Below the pieces are notes generated by a model, which was not told the origin of the DNA, did no database searches, and saw only the letters and a list, made by a program, of their open reading frames with translations. The position numbers were made by a program, and so were the translations under genes. This document shows positions 38,695 to 54,349 of a stretch of DNA of 64,000 bases, one piece after another; within the stretch, counting starts at the first letter, position 1, and every line of letters begins with the position of its first letter. The DNA comes from Octopus vulgaris (lineage: Eukaryota), in assembly GCA_951406725.2 (NCBI GenBank), contig OX597824.1, forward strand, positions 91,946,001-92,010,000, written 5' to 3'.

Positions 38695-38917
38695 TACGGG
38701 GGCGGGATGCTGAAAAGTCCCTGGCTTTAAGGGTGTCACGAAAGGCCTGGTTAGAGGCCCAACATTCCGTGTTCTTTTACAGGGCTTAGTAAAACTAAAG
38801 GACCGCTGTAATACGTGTGTGATTTTGAGAGGGGAATACGTTGAATAAAACCATAATTAAGTGATCATCCTGTATTTTCTTTTTTCTAAGGTCAGGACCC
38901 TTTCGGTACCCTCCCGT
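38695..38917 (+). mobile_element. Mariner-derived MITE (~220 bp)
   Basis: Imperfect TIRs (acgggggcgggatgctgaaaagtccctggcttt / aaggtcaggaccctttcggtaccctcccgt) enclosing LQGLVKLKDRCNTCVILRGEYVE*, a typical mariner transposase C-terminus. Confidence 0.75.
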
Positions 38918-39445
38918 GCATATATGCATACTTACATACGTACATGCCTACATAAATACATATATGCAAAAATACCCGGCTGATGTTGAAATTCCAATGA
39001 AGGTGCCTTCAATCTAGGTTAAAAACCGACTCTTTCTCTGATGATAAGAAATCATGAAATACAATTGAATAATAACATACATACATATATGTATATATAC
39101 ATACGTACGTACGTATACATTTACATACATACATAAATACATACCTATAAATGGTGGTTGGGGTTTCAGGTTTGTGCAGGCAGATTTTGAATGTTTCATA
39201 GAGTCTCTCTCAGGCAGCATTTGCTAAACAGCAGCAGCAACATTAATGCAAAAATAAATATATTAACTTCATCCCGGAAAGTGAAGAAAACAATATCTTA
39301 CGTGTTGGAAGTGAGCTCCTCATGAGGTACTCTCCTCTTGATGACCTCCCATACAACCACAAATCAACCGGACAAATATATCTCAAAGAACTGGAAGTGA
39401 AACGCTTAGCATACAAAAAAGAAAAGAAATGCGCATGTTTCTCGT

Positions 39446-39750
39446 GGAGGTGAAATGGCTCAGTGGTTGGGGCAGCGGACGCGCAGTGGGAGGATCACGG
39501 TTTCGATTCCCAGACCGGGCGTTATGTGTGTTTATTGAACGAAAACTTCTAAAGCTCCTCGAGACTCCGGCAGGGGGTGGTAGCGACCCCTGTTGTACTC
39601 TTTCACGTTAACTTTCTCTCAATCTTTCATCCTGTTTCTTGAGTAACGCTGCGGTGGACAGATGTCCCGTCCAGCTGGGGGTGAACACAATTCACAAAAA
39701 ACTGGAAACCGAGCCCATGAGCCTGGCTAGACTCGAAAAGGGCGCATAAA
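39446..39750 (+). mobile_element. tRNA-derived SINE, family C
   Basis: Aligns with 32410-32705 (tggctcagtggtt...gcagcggac..., ctccggca, actttctctc). Confidence 0.75.
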
Positions 39751-40358
39751 TGAATAAATAAACAAATGTTACTCGTAGACTTGAAGACGATAGTAAGATT
39801 GACATGAAGCGAAGCCTCTCTTGGTCTTGTGACCGTTACATCACACTTGGAAGGCTATGCATTTCTATTTCAAGAACAGGAGATTTCTACTAAATATCTA
39901 ATCAACAAAACAAACAGTGAAGACAATGGATTTTCTGCGGAAGACAAACAGGTGATTCGCAGCCATCCTAAAATTTAATCAAAGTACCACCTCTTTTGCG
40001 ACGTGACGATCTGGCAAAAACAATATCCAATGCTACTCGGGGAAAAAGAAGTGTCATAGAATAAATATAGAAAACTCCGCTGTTATCGTATACGTACACA
40101 AATATTGTGAAAAGGAATACTTTGCTTAACTATCAGTTTGGATTTTCAAACAAAGAATTCAACCAGCAAATTTGCACGTTACAAATACAATCCTGCGAAT
40201 TTAATTTTCATAATTTTGGGGTCGATAAAAAAAGTACCACTTAAAGGCTTCTATCGAAGTAATGGACCTACTCCATCTCTCAAAATTGCCGGCGTGGTGC
40301 CAAAATTTCAAAACATAATTATTATTATTATTACTATTATTACTATTATTATTATTAT

Positions 40359-40988
40359 TCTATGTTTGACTTTTGCTTTATATTTGTACAAGTTGGCTCC
40401 AAGTCTCACCCAGAGACCTCAAGAGACAACAGGGTTGGAAGTTCATGTTGTTGTTATGCCTAGTGTGCCATATATTTGGGGGGTGGGGATGTTGTACTAA
40501 TGAATGTCTAAAGAAAAAAAGTTTTTTTTTTTTTTTTTTTTTAAACCGAAAATTATGTTTGTTTTAAACCTTGAGATTACATAGAGAGTATTTTGCGTAG
40601 GATATGAGCAGTTCCCATGAGCACTATCTTTTGAACTTCTGCCATTTTTGGGTTTCCTGGTATCTGAGTTAGGTAGCTATCAGCCCCTTTTGCTATCATT
40701 CCCAGGGCACCTATGACAACAGGTATTGTTTTAGTCTTCAGCTTCCACATTTTGCTGATTTCTATTTCAAGATCTTTATATTTGCTCAGTTTTTGGTAGG
40801 TCTTGACAGATACGTTTATATCGATTGGGACAGTCATATCAATGAGGAGGCATGTTCTTTGTTTGAAGTTTTTCAATATGATGTCTGGCCTATTTGCATC
40901 TATCTTCCTGTCAGTTTGAATGGTGAAGTTCCAGAGGAGTGAGATGTGGTCATTTTCAAGCACTGGGGGTGGTTTGTGTTCCCACCAG

Positions 40989-40992
<4 letters not shown>
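40359..40992 (-). mobile_element. 3' end of a third Dong/R4-like LINE subfamily in (TAA)n
   Basis: Intact 128-aa frame LLWNFTIQTDRKIDANRPDIIL...LLIDMTVP...KLSKYKDLEIE...IPVVIGALG...GTAHILRKILSM; ATT repeats on both sides. Confidence 0.88.
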
Positions 40993-41024
<32 letters not shown>

Positions 41025-41132
41025 GAGTGAGAGAGCAGTTCATGCCATCAAAATGACACTGGGGTAAAATATACGAAGCCCAGTATACCCATCATGACTA
41101 CCTGTCTGATAAAGGTACACCAGGCACATGCA

Positions 41133-41830
<698 letters not shown>

Positions 41831-42129
41831 GTGTGCGTGTGTGCGTGTGTGCGTGTGTATATATATATATATGATAATATATATATATGCATTTATAGTT
41901 GTGTACAAGAGTGTATGTGCCAGTGTTTGTGGATGCATACGTATCTATATTCACAAAACTGAAGATACCCATTCGATTTACTACTGCGCAAATGTTTATG
42001 GTTTTGATATTATTCCATCCCTCTCTCACTTCTTTCAATCTCAGCCTCTCAATCCATCCCTCTTCTTGCATCTCTCGTGAATAAGTTCTCTCTTTGCTTG
42101 GCCACATGTATGTATCTATCTATTTATCC

Positions 42130-42243
<114 letters not shown>

Positions 42244-42267
42244 TTATCTATCTATCTATTTTTCTGC

Positions 42268-42346
<79 letters not shown>

Positions 42347-42377
42347 CCTTTCTATCTACCTACCTACCTACCTATCT

Positions 42378-43464
42378 ATGGCACCGCGAGTGTCGCGTTG
42401 CTCTCAAGCAACTCTGCCGTCCTGGGTCGACCTTAAGTGACTTCAACACAACCAAAGCATTCTATAGGGGTTTAGTGGAGGGGAGGTACGACGACGAGCT
42501 CGGGGCGAACCTGGACGTCGACGAGGAGTACCTGACCCGCCTGTTCAGGACGACTTTCGGGCCAGGGCCCATGGACAACTTCCAGAGATCCCTGGCCTGG
42601 CAGTGCTACCGAGAAGCGCTACCCGTTCGGGATAAGCTCTACAGACACGGCTCGAGAAACACGGGGCCGACCTGCCCGAGATGCGGTCAGAGCGACGAAA
42701 CCGTTCTGCACGCACTCGTTCAGTGTCCAACAATTTCCGACCTGTGGGCTTATGTCGAACAACTGCTGTCACGTGTGGGACGAGTCGGTTTATCAGCTGA
42801 GTCTATCGTCAATATTGTCACGCCTCCTTCCTTCAAACGGGAAGGAAGAGCTATTTTCATCATCCTTGTGGCTATGGCGAAAGAATGTATCTGGTGGACG
42901 CGTCTGAAAGGATTGGAGACAAACACTTTCCTCTCTGGTCAATCTCTCATCAACTTCTTCAAGTACCACTTGAAAAGGAAAGTGAGAGTAGAGAGGCAAG
43001 TTTTGTCTAGCGAATGTTTTAAAAAAAGATGGGTGAATGTAGCAAGAATGGCACGTATGAATGACGAAGCCACCTTGAGCATAGTCCTATGAACCCAGAA
43101 ATCGAAAACAGAGAGTTGCTTATTTGCAAAAAAAAAAAAAGAAATATAAAATGTGACTTCATTGACCGAGGTTACCGTGGTCTTTTCCGTAGGCTTTTCT
43201 TTCCACGGGTAAACCTCACCTGTCCTCCCCTTTACACTTCATATTGACATTTCTGTGATAACGATCCCTATTGATCAATTTTTTTTTCCTCTCCCCTTTT
43301 TTTTTAACCCCCTTTTTTTTGTCCTCTTTCTCTCCTTTTACGATCCCTTTTGATCGAAACTCCCCCTTCCTTTTTTTTTTTTTTTTTTTAAACCTTCAAA
43401 AGAAAAGCTCTACCTTGTAATTTGTTCTATCTGTGTGCAGCCCTGTGTGGCTAATAAAGAAACA

Positions 43465-43465
<1 letters not shown>
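42378..43465 (+). mobile_element. 5'-truncated Tx1/L1-clade LINE (ORF2 C-terminus with zf-RVT-like CCHC, 3' UTR, AATAAA) inserted in (CTAT)n
   Basis: Uninterrupted frame to 43092 with LAWQCYREALPV...CPRCGQSDETVLHALVQC; T-rich 3' UTR; AATAAA at 43453. CTAT arrays immediately on both sides. Confidence 0.88.
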
Positions 43466-43501
<36 letters not shown>

Positions 43502-43515
43502 ATCTACCTACCTAC

Positions 43516-43601
<86 letters not shown>

Positions 43602-43602
43602 G

Positions 43603-43658
<56 letters not shown>

Positions 43659-44205
43659 CCGTCCTGCCTATCTATCTCACTGTCCTGTTTTCGTTTTGGT
43701 ATTTTGTCTCTTAAAATCCATCTTATATTTGTCCTCCCCATATAAATCTACTTTCCTTTCAACTTTATTTTTTCACTTACCCTCAATTGCTCTCCAAAAC
43801 TCATGTATAACGCACAATTTCCTCATACAAATTACTACCAACAGCAACAACAACAACATCAACAACAACAACAAATAGATGTATAGCTGTCCTTTTCAAG
43901 GCCTGACATAATATCACTTTTATTATTCTTGTTTATATTCTCTCTTTTCCATTACAGAAGCCGACATATTTTATCAATTTGATTTGCCTTTTGAAGCTAA
44001 TATTCATTTATTCGCAATTTTAATCATACGCCATCTTCCTCCAAACTTCGTTTGTTTATATTTATTTGCTTCGTTGCCCGCTTATTTATTTTCGTCTTTA
44101 TCTCTCAGCTATCAATGCTAGTCATTTCTCTAACAGTTATCAAAGACGGGAGACACTTCATTTCTTCGATTTAATTGGCGAGGTGCAATGTACATACATC
44201 CGTAA

Positions 44206-44428
<223 letters not shown>

Positions 44429-44897
44429 ATGCACGCACACACAAAATACGTGTATGTATACACACCTAGATACACCTATATACATACATATGTATATGTA
44501 TATATATATATCTGCTTGAGTGCGTATGTATGCATGTGTGTCCGTTTCTTTGTGCGCGTGTATATGTGCGTTTTTGTGCGCGTGTGTATGTGTGTGTGTG
44601 TGTGTGTGTGTGTAAATTCAAAGAACGCAGAAAAACATATAAATCTTTTTTTTTTCTCTCTCTTTTAGCATTCATTAATTGGCATAACTAGCGCGGAAAA
44701 ATCGACAGAATGGAATGAATATTAACATGTTGAATGATAAAACGGTGTGTCCACATACATGCAAACACATACGGAGGCACACACTCACAGCACACACATA
44801 TATACATACACATATCTAGACACATATATATATTTACAAACTCATAAGTGCATAGAAATTCATGTATGGATGTGTGTATATATGTATACATATATAT

Positions 44898-44971
<74 letters not shown>

Positions 44972-45207
44972 ATATACATATATATATATATATACATATA
45001 TATATCTACATATATATAGATGTATAGAAAGACTACATGTAAGAACGCACATTCATACATACATACATTCATATGTACATACATGCATACATAAGAATAT
45101 ATATCGAAGCGCACATAGGCATATATCGGTATACGGACACATATATAGACATGTATATAGACATGTATATATACATATATATATATACATGTATACATAT
45201 ATACATG

Positions 45208-45281
<74 letters not shown>

Positions 45282-45736
45282 GGTTTATGTGTGTGTGCGC
45301 ATGTGTGTGTGAGCATCTTTATGATTTCCCCTTTAAGTATTTTCTAATTTTCCTATAATACGTGTGTTAAATCTCGGGGTGTGTATGCAGAATTCAAAAT
45401 GTAATATCACGTGTCACTGCATCCTAGTTTGCCGCGTATAAAACATAAATTTCATTTCTCTCTCGTTGTCAGTATTTATAAATGCCGACTATTTGAAATA
45501 CGGGACAACTACGTCATAAAAATCATCGATGCAATCCGTACTACTCCATTAGAACATACACTCATCTTTCGCCTTCACGCTCATATGCGTATGAATGCTT
45601 TCACATATTATACTAATGCCCAACAAATGTACCCAATATTTTGATATAATCCTGTGGGGTTACATCTATGTATGTATGTATGTATGTATGTATGTATGTA
45701 TGTATGTATATGTCTGTCTATCTGTCTATCTGTCTC

Positions 45737-45776
<40 letters not shown>

Positions 45777-45809
45777 TCTATCTGCCTGTCTATTTATTAA
45801 TCTACCTAT

Positions 45810-46068
45810 CCCTATTGATCGTTTTTTTTTCCTCTTCCCCTTTTTTCTTCTTTTTTCATTTCTCTTTTCTTTTGTTCCTTTTCCTTTTCTTTTCTTTCTT
45901 TTTTTCTTTTATTTATTTTGTTCTTTTTTTCCCTTTTACGATCCCTTTTGATCGAAAAGCTACGCCACCTTTTTTTTGTTTCTTTTGTTTTTTCATCCCC
46001 CAAAAGAAAAGCTCTACCTTGTAACTTGTCCCATCTGTGTGCAGCCCTGTGTGGCCAATAAAGAAACT
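45810..46068 (+). mobile_element. 3' UTR-only copy of the Tx1-like element, again in CTAT-like repeat
   Basis: ccttttacgatcccttttgatcgaaa...aaaagaaaagctctaccttgtaa...atctgtgtgcagccctgtgtggc.aataaagaaac matches 43335-43463. Confidence 0.85.
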
Positions 46069-46439
46069 TATTAATCTAGCTATCTGCCTATCTATCTATT
46101 AATCTACCTATCTGCTTATCTCACTCTCTTTGCCTACCTATATCCAAAGTACACATACACACATGCACGCGCGTGCGCTCACTTATAATCATTATTTTTA
46201 ACAATTATAGTACCTAGTGTGACTTCGAAGTTTTGGCGAGCGAAACTATCTTTCCGATGCCGGTTTAGTTGTCTGAATGTCAGAAGTTATTAGCAGTATT
46301 ATTCTTGCGAGAGAATACTACATTCGTACTGGACAAAAGTATGGCGTAATTCTTCAGATGAATGTAAAACCCTCTTTAGTAGAACCGAACATGAAAACAA
46401 ACATATATCCATACATTTATGTGTGTGTAATTTTTTTCT

Positions 46440-46635
46440 AATTTCAGCTCAGAGCTGCGGCCATGCTGATGCACCGCCGTTTTGTGCTACACTGTTATTA
46501 CTAAGAGTTTCCTCTAATTTGTAGCACTTGGTGAAGAATGGAATTTGATTTAGGTACCTTCATTTGCACCTCTGGGACTCTCGACAGGAAGAGGTCCAGC
46601 TTTAACTTAAAAACCCCTACATCTATTTTGTGCAA
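46440..46635 (-). mobile_element. CR1/L2-group LINE 3' end fragment
   Basis: LHKIDVGVFKLKLDLFLSRVP; the 3' terminus (ttcagctca..gctg.ggccatgctg..gcaccgcc on +) is shared with 48170-48210. Confidence 0.55.
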
Positions 46636-46672
<37 letters not shown>

Positions 46673-46715
46673 AAATCACACACATACACACCCACACACA
46701 GACACGCACCAATGT

Positions 46716-46762
<47 letters not shown>

Positions 46763-46768
<6 letters not shown>

Positions 46769-46965
46769 GTGACAATTATTCGGTAGCCATAATAAAACTC
46801 CGCGGTTCGGATGTCGGGGCGGAAACTCACGCCGGCATCTCTTCAGTTATCATTTAGCAGTTTTTGGGATAGCCCGATAACTGAAGAAATGCTGGCGTGG
46901 GTTTCCACCCCGACATCCGAAACTGGGACTTTTAACCATGGCTACTGAATAATTGTCACATATTA
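46763..46965. mobile_element. Foldback of a hammerhead-containing pLTR-like element (HHR core in each arm)
   Basis: Arms 46763-46851 / 46876-46965 are reverse complements. The right arm reads ATAA-CTGAAGA-aatgctgg...ccgacatcc-GAAAC; the left arm on minus reads ATAA-CTGAAGA-gatgccgg...ccgacatcc-GAACCGCGGAGTT-TTAT. Confidence 0.75.
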
Positions 46966-47414
46966 TACATTTACAGATAAATTCCTCTATTTACATAATA
47001 TCGAGGTCTCTTTCATTCTTTTGTTGTCTTACCATTTCTGTCAATATATATATACATATATAACACATACGCCATAGAAACTAGTTGCTTTTCGCTGATC
47101 CATTAAGGAATATATATATATATATATATATGAAGTGTTTTGCTCAAGAACACAACGCGTTGCGCGGTCCAGGAATCGAAACCACAATCTTACGATCATG
47201 ATTTTGACACCCTTACCACTAAGCCACGCGCCTCTACACAAACCATAGTATTTCACGTTGCTCCAGTCTACTCAGCTGGCAAAATGAGTAACTCTGCGAT
47301 GGACTGGTGTTCCGTTCAGCTGAGGAATACATACGCTATAAAAACCATGACCCTGGCTAGGCTTTAGAAGGGCGCAGTAGCTGGACAGGACGCTAGTCCA
47401 TCGCAGAGTCAATC

Positions 47415-47498
<84 letters not shown>

Positions 47499-48169
47499 GT
47501 ATATGTGTGTGTATGTGTTGAAAGGTTATGAAGACATCTCTGTTTGAACCCAATATGCAGAAGAACTCTGAATAAAAATTATCCTGTACATATGGAAGAG
47601 CAAACTGCTTAGTCAACGTTTATTGATAAACGTCACGGACTTGGTGTGGTTGTTCATGCTTTTCTTTCGTATGTTTTTGGAAGGAATTGTGATCGGAAAC
47701 ATAAGAAGAAAATGTTTATCCCAAGTTTTGTATTACGTTAATAAAATCGAACTCTGAAGCAATTTTTGGTCAATAAATATAAGTTTTGGAATACACAGTC
47801 AATATCTACTTGGAACATTGCAAAATATATTAGAGTTTTATGAAATATTCGATCTAATCAATATAAGAATTCTTCCTTTGTATATCATATAGTCTACTCT
47901 GTAATAAAGCCAAAACATATTGGCAGAAACCACCTACAACTTCTTTTCTGTTTAGAATTTTTAAGAAATCATAAATTTAAGTTGTTTAATAGAAATGCAA
48001 TTAAAGTTAGTTACTCTGTTTCCAGAATTGCAGAAATTTGGGTGGCTCAATTAATCTTATTCCACAGTACCATCAATAGTAGCCAGTACTCCGCATACTT
48101 TTAATTTCATTGTCCGAAACAATTACACTCTTAACGGAATTACTTATAATTCGATTTTTTAAAAATCTA

Positions 48170-48660
48170 GTTTCAGCTCACAAGCTGTGGCCATGCTGGG
48201 GCACCGCCATTTGGTGTTGCTACATGATTTTACTTCACGAATGCTTTTTAGCAATTGCCATTTGGTGCATGAGAGAGTTCGATGCAGCTGCCCTCATCTG
48301 CACCTCCTGCCGTGAAGTTGGTTCATCTGGGACACCTGACAAGGAAGAGATCCAGTTTTATTTTAAAGACATCTGCATCCACCTCATGCAGGTCTCTTAG
48401 GTTCTTCGGGAAGATATTGAAGAGCTGTGGGCATTGAAAGCCCAGGCTATCACAGTATCTTGTCCTACATCTTGAATGGCAAATTTGGAGTCCTTGGCAC
48501 TATGCAGTGGCGCCCAATTCTGGCATTTGTGTAACTCTCGATGCCAAAGTTTGGGATAAGTCCTTCTAGGATCTTCCAGATGTATATTATGGCATATTTT
48601 TCTCGCCTACGCTCTAAGGAATAGAGTCTCAATCTCTTGAGTCTTTCTCAATAGCTTTCC
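48170..48660 (-). mobile_element. CR1/L2-group LINE ORF2 C-terminus and 3' end, decayed
   Basis: Minus strand ERLKRLRLYSLERRREKYAIIYIWKILEGLIPN is a typical post-RT CR1-like motif. Confidence 0.7.
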
Positions 48661-50211
48661 CAGTTATAATTCGATATTAGCCAATCTGATATAATACTGT
48701 AGTGTCGAGAATGTTTCCCTGATACAGACTTAAATTAATCCGTTCAACCGCATTTAATTTCGATTTAGCATCATAGTCATGAATAGAAGGAAGTAGAACA
48801 AACATTTTACACCAGCTTTTCAAAGTGCATTTGATTACTAAAAGAAACAAGTTTGAGATTTAAAAATTAAATATTGTGGTTGATTCTTTGGACTGAATTT
48901 CTTCATGGCGGTGCCCCAGGATGGCCGATAGTCAAACGACTTAAATAGGCTAAAGGTATTTAGAAAAAGTTTAAGTAATGTTCTAAACTCAAAGTTTGCC
49001 AAGTTAGTGAGACCTCAAATGAAATCATCAAATATCCTGAAACATATTCACATATCGCAAAAGTTATCACACAAATATATCCCAAATCTCCTGTTACAAG
49101 CCACCTTCATCCTGTTATTATTGTAATTCGACTTTGTTGTAACCAATATCTTCTACGTTTCCACATTTCCTCGTTTCTTATGTTTTGGTAGCTTACTCTG
49201 AATCAGATCACTTGGAAAAGTAATTTGTGGTTCATGTTAGAGACATTGCAGGGCAGCAATATGAACCTTTGCTAGTATTTTATGAATCAAGATTTTGTCT
49301 ATGATGTGTAGCTTAAATATAGTTTAGTCCTGATACATTATATTAATCATAAGATATTCTTAAGATATTTTCTCCGTGACAATAGAATTTTATGCAGACA
49401 CAGTATTCGAGGAATACAAGAACGAATATCTCCTTTTTAATCACAGGAAAGGATAAAATAAGAGGAAGAATTTTGTTGCTACTTCTAAAAGTTCATATAT
49501 TTTGTTGCTACTTCTAGAAGCTCATATATCTGTATATCTTTGCGTTTGTAGACGAATTCAGTAAACACCGGAATATTCTGGTAAGCTGACGAACATATTA
49601 CTTCCATACATTGTTTCATAATTACCGATACATTATACAGGTGCACGATGCACAAATGGAAACACCGTGTTCAAAGCGTCTTCATTATAGGTGATAGCGT
49701 ATGATCTCATCGCCTGTTTTATTTAAAACATCTGTCTTTATCCCTGGAGTATTTTAATTCAATACGTATCAGTACTTAGGCGCGCAATCTTGTTTATCAG
49801 CTGCTTAAACTTTCTTATTTCCTTTGGTGAACCTGCTCCTTCTTATCGTAATCATATTTCTATAACCACGGAAGATGTTTTCATGAAACCTTCATTTCAA
49901 GAAGCGAGCTGGCGCAGTATACGATAATCTAATTGCCTGATTACATTTGGTTATATAATTTTGTGAATATGCAAAGCGCTTAGAAATGGTTTTTGGATTA
50001 TGTATAACACGTGTAAATCCTTCTCAGATGAATTTAAATTAGTGTTCACAATTTAATCTTGGCAAAAGTTTAGGAGAAATTTATGAGTTGCAGAACAATG
50101 TTTCCATTTACCTAATAAAACATACACGTCTGTACACAAGCAGTCACAGAAATAGGTTCAATCGGAGGCACAAGCAAAAACGTACCCAATACAGGGATAA
50201 GTATGGATGTA

Positions 50212-50274
<63 letters not shown>

Positions 50275-50407
50275 ATGTATGTATATTATATATATATATA
50301 ATATATATATAGAATATATATATATATTATATATATATAATATACATATATATATATAATATGTATATATATATATATCTATAAAATATATATATGTTTA
50401 TATTATG

Positions 50408-50628
50408 TCGCCAGTCAAAGCCATTGATAGATCGTTACCCACTACACATATTTTTCTCTCCTTTTTTTCTCTCCTTGTTTCTCTCCTTGCTTTTTTGTAT
50501 GTCCCTTTCTGTGGAGCTTAGGCTCGAAACGTAAAAGACTTTTTCAATTCCTGAGCGTTATACTAATACATCTGTTTGTTTTGTACACCACCTGTCTTCG
50601 TCTTTTTTTTCCGTAAACTCTCCCTATA
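50408..50628 (+). mobile_element. Second copy of the 13775 pLTR-like family; HHR core mutated
   Basis: CTTT-ctgtg-GAGCttagGCTC-GAAACGT-A-AAAG at 50505-50537; the core lacks CUGANGA. Confidence 0.65.
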
Positions 50629-50675
50629 TTTATATTATGCATACATACAAACACACTCACACACACACACACAGA

Positions 50676-51150
50676 TATATCTTCTACATATATGGAAAAT
50701 TCTGTCTGTTGGTGCGTTTGTGGAGTTGTTATCTAACTCCTCCTACATAGTTTTATCGATTTTGATAAAACTTTACACGTGATTAGAAATCATGTTTGGA
50801 AATATCATGCCATACACAGACTGTTGTAAAAGTCGAAAATAGGGCCCACGGAAGCGATCCTTATATATAAATAATATATTTTATTTTAAAAACCAAGGGA
50901 AATAAGCCATTCGACCCTGGAAGGGACCCTTAAATATAGCCAAGGGAAGTAACACATTAATTTTCCTTAATTATTTGATAAAAATGAAATTCAGTATGCT
51001 TATTTCTTAGTATTAGAGTTATTTTCGCAATTTATCCAGTATAACTCTTAAACAAGTAAATAGTACTTACCTAAAAAAAATAGATCCACTTATTTCGGTT
51101 AGTGACTTATTCACGAATATACCTACACTAGCGGCCCATATTATGGGTTC
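50676..51150 (+). mobile_element. Possible non-autonomous Helitron/Helentron-like element
   Basis: 5' atcttctacatatat...tctgtctgt...aactcctcctac...atcgattttgataaaacttt layout resembles DINE/HINE-type elements; 3' hairpin gcccata/tatgggt. Confidence 0.35.
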
Positions 51151-51651
51151 TTATTTTCTTGTCCTCGGGATTATCATTCCGACGGATTTCATTATAGTGT
51201 CGTAGGTACAACATCATGTCATATTGGTAGATAATACCATGATGACATTTTCTGACAACTGCTTATGATGTGGGTGATATATTCAGTGTGAAGTCCACAA
51301 AGTCTGCATCGGTTCTCACACTGTATCTTTATTCGTCTGTAATATTCTTTAGTAAGACGTGTTTTGTGACAAGTGCCATTGTAAGATATGTTTTCATTCC
51401 TCTCCACCACGCCGCTAGATTGTTCGTCATACATAGGGGTAACAATCCGATCATTGATGGAGAAGTTGTTAGTCTGGTTCACTGTTTTCTCCCATTTTAC
51501 AAACATTAATCCTGAACAAACTACAACACTACATTCTTTGACTGTGTGTGTATGTATGTAAGTATGTATGTTTGCATGTGTGTGTGTGTGCATGTATGCA
51601 TATGTGTATGTATGTGTATGTTAGTGTATGTACGTTAGTATATACATAGCT

Positions 51652-51694
<43 letters not shown>

Positions 51695-51818
51695 AATATA
51701 TATGTCAACATATGTATACATATAAATAGATATATATGCATATATGTATATATAGTTATATACATACATATATATATACATATATATATGTATATATATA
51801 TTTATGTATATATATATG

Positions 51819-51869
<51 letters not shown>

Positions 51870-51888
51870 GTATCTATATATATATAAT

Positions 51889-51921
<33 letters not shown>

Positions 51922-52289
51922 ACCCAATTAATAGTGTAATGCGCAGCAAGAAACTGCACAACTGATATCAATTAAAAAAATTAAACATTGCTGTGGGTGA
52001 AATACTAATGAAAACATAATAAACATATGCACACGCTTACACACACGAACATACACAAACATACTCACAGGCAAACACGCACGTGCATATCCGGACTCAT
52101 AAAGACAGGCACAAGCACACACACGTACTCATTGTCACTTTCATGTTTATTGTGTTTGTGGTAAAAAATCACCTCTCAACTCCGCAAGATGAACGATTAT
52201 TGAAGTGAAAAACGTAGAAAGAAAAGAGAATGGTACTTGCTTAAATACAAGCATCGCAGTGAAAGAATTTGAGATGCATCATTCAGACA

Positions 52290-52340
<51 letters not shown>

Positions 52341-52371
52341 CATATACCGCTTACCGCTTGGATTGTCCACA

Positions 52372-52407
<36 letters not shown>

Positions 52408-52497
52408 CGTATATACACATGTATGTGTATATATATATAATTACATATGCATACATACATATATATATGTATATATATATAATTATATATACATATA

Positions 52498-52543
<46 letters not shown>

Positions 52544-52623
52544 TATATATGCATATATATATACATATGTATGTATATATATATATACATACATTTATAT
52601 ATACATATATATATATGTATATG

Positions 52624-52665
<42 letters not shown>

Positions 52666-52903
52666 GATATGTATATACATATATATATACACACACACAT
52701 ACACGTACACACACATATACACTTATGCCGCAAGTATTTATGCATATATGCGAACAACTATAATATGTGTAATTTCTACACTATCATCCAATCAATTAAT
52801 AATCACTAATCGCGCCGATATGAAGGCGACATGAAATATAATGAAGCGAACATTGCCGTAAAACAAAGAACGATTGGGAAAGCGAGAGAGAGAGAGAGAG
52901 AGT

Positions 52904-52943
<40 letters not shown>

Positions 52944-53137
52944 TGGTGAGTGAAGTAGACAATATTAAGAGGTGGGAAGATATTAAAGAACACGGCTCTT
53001 GTTCGAAGTAATTATCTTAAAACCAGCGATAAATTATGTACTGTAGTAAAAGCATCGAATAAGTGAAAATACCAAATTAAATAAAATGAACTAAATGCAA
53101 AAAATAACGATAAACATTCTTAAAGATATATGGGTGT

Positions 53138-53204
<67 letters not shown>

Positions 53205-53267
53205 TATACATATATATATATTTATATACATATATATATACATGTATATATATATTTATATATATAT

Positions 53268-53319
<52 letters not shown>

Positions 53320-53340
53320 TTACATATATATATATGTATG

Positions 53341-53401
<61 letters not shown>

Positions 53402-53576
53402 TTATTTATGTTGTAAATGTGTGTTTAATATTTTCTGAATTACACAGTTTTAAATATTCCGAATGTCTATTCCTTGAGGTGGGTGAATTAATACTGATAA
53501 ATACCTGCATTAGACACCTGCACACTGATGCAACAGTCTGTTGCTTCTGCTGCTGCTGTTGCCATATCTACTGCTG

Positions 53577-53615
<39 letters not shown>

Positions 53616-53697
53616 ATACGACTACTGTTAATGATAATAGTAATAATAATAAGTTGAAGAAGAAGCAGGAAGACAAGGAGGAAGACAAGGAGGAGGA

Positions 53698-53744
<47 letters not shown>

Positions 53745-54349
53745 CTGATGCTGGTTTATTTTAATTGACATAGGGTCCCTAAAAAAAATTTGGATGATGC
53801 ATATGTCTATTAAATTTTTTAAGCCCACAAATCAAAGAGCTCATTGACCCCTAGGTTACCTTCTTTTACCCGACTTTTGTTTCCCTACCTACTTTGAACT
53901 ACTTAGAGTGGTTCCATAAATCGTAATCACTTTTTTGCCTTGGTCATCCACCGTATGAGGAATTAGCTTTGGAATTGCTTACCCTCTTCGAAATTCTCAT
54001 TTTTTTCCCCAAAAAAGCGATGCGGGCTACGTCGAAGTGGGTGTCCTCAAACTTTTCAGCCACGTCAATCTTGTAACCTGCTTTGCCTTAGCCTCAAGGC
54101 AAAGAAACACCGCCTGCGCCACCATGTTAGAGGTGGGTGGTGGGGGGGCGATACTTCAGAGAAACGTGACATATATACGGATTCGCACCCCAAGACCTGT
54201 TCGACATTACAATCATTAATGCTCGATTGTTGCATAAGTACGTCTTCTTCTTGTCTTGAGACAGCATTCACCCGGAGTGGGTTGAGCTGGCTTCATTCAT
54301 CCTCACTGCTGCATCTCTCACAAACGCCGACTAGGCCTGGCGATTTGAG

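Noticed and set aside
49471-49530. 30-bp tandem duplication (also small duplications at ~34165-34235 and ~54637-54666)
   Set aside because: Ordinary local slippage duplications with no further structure.
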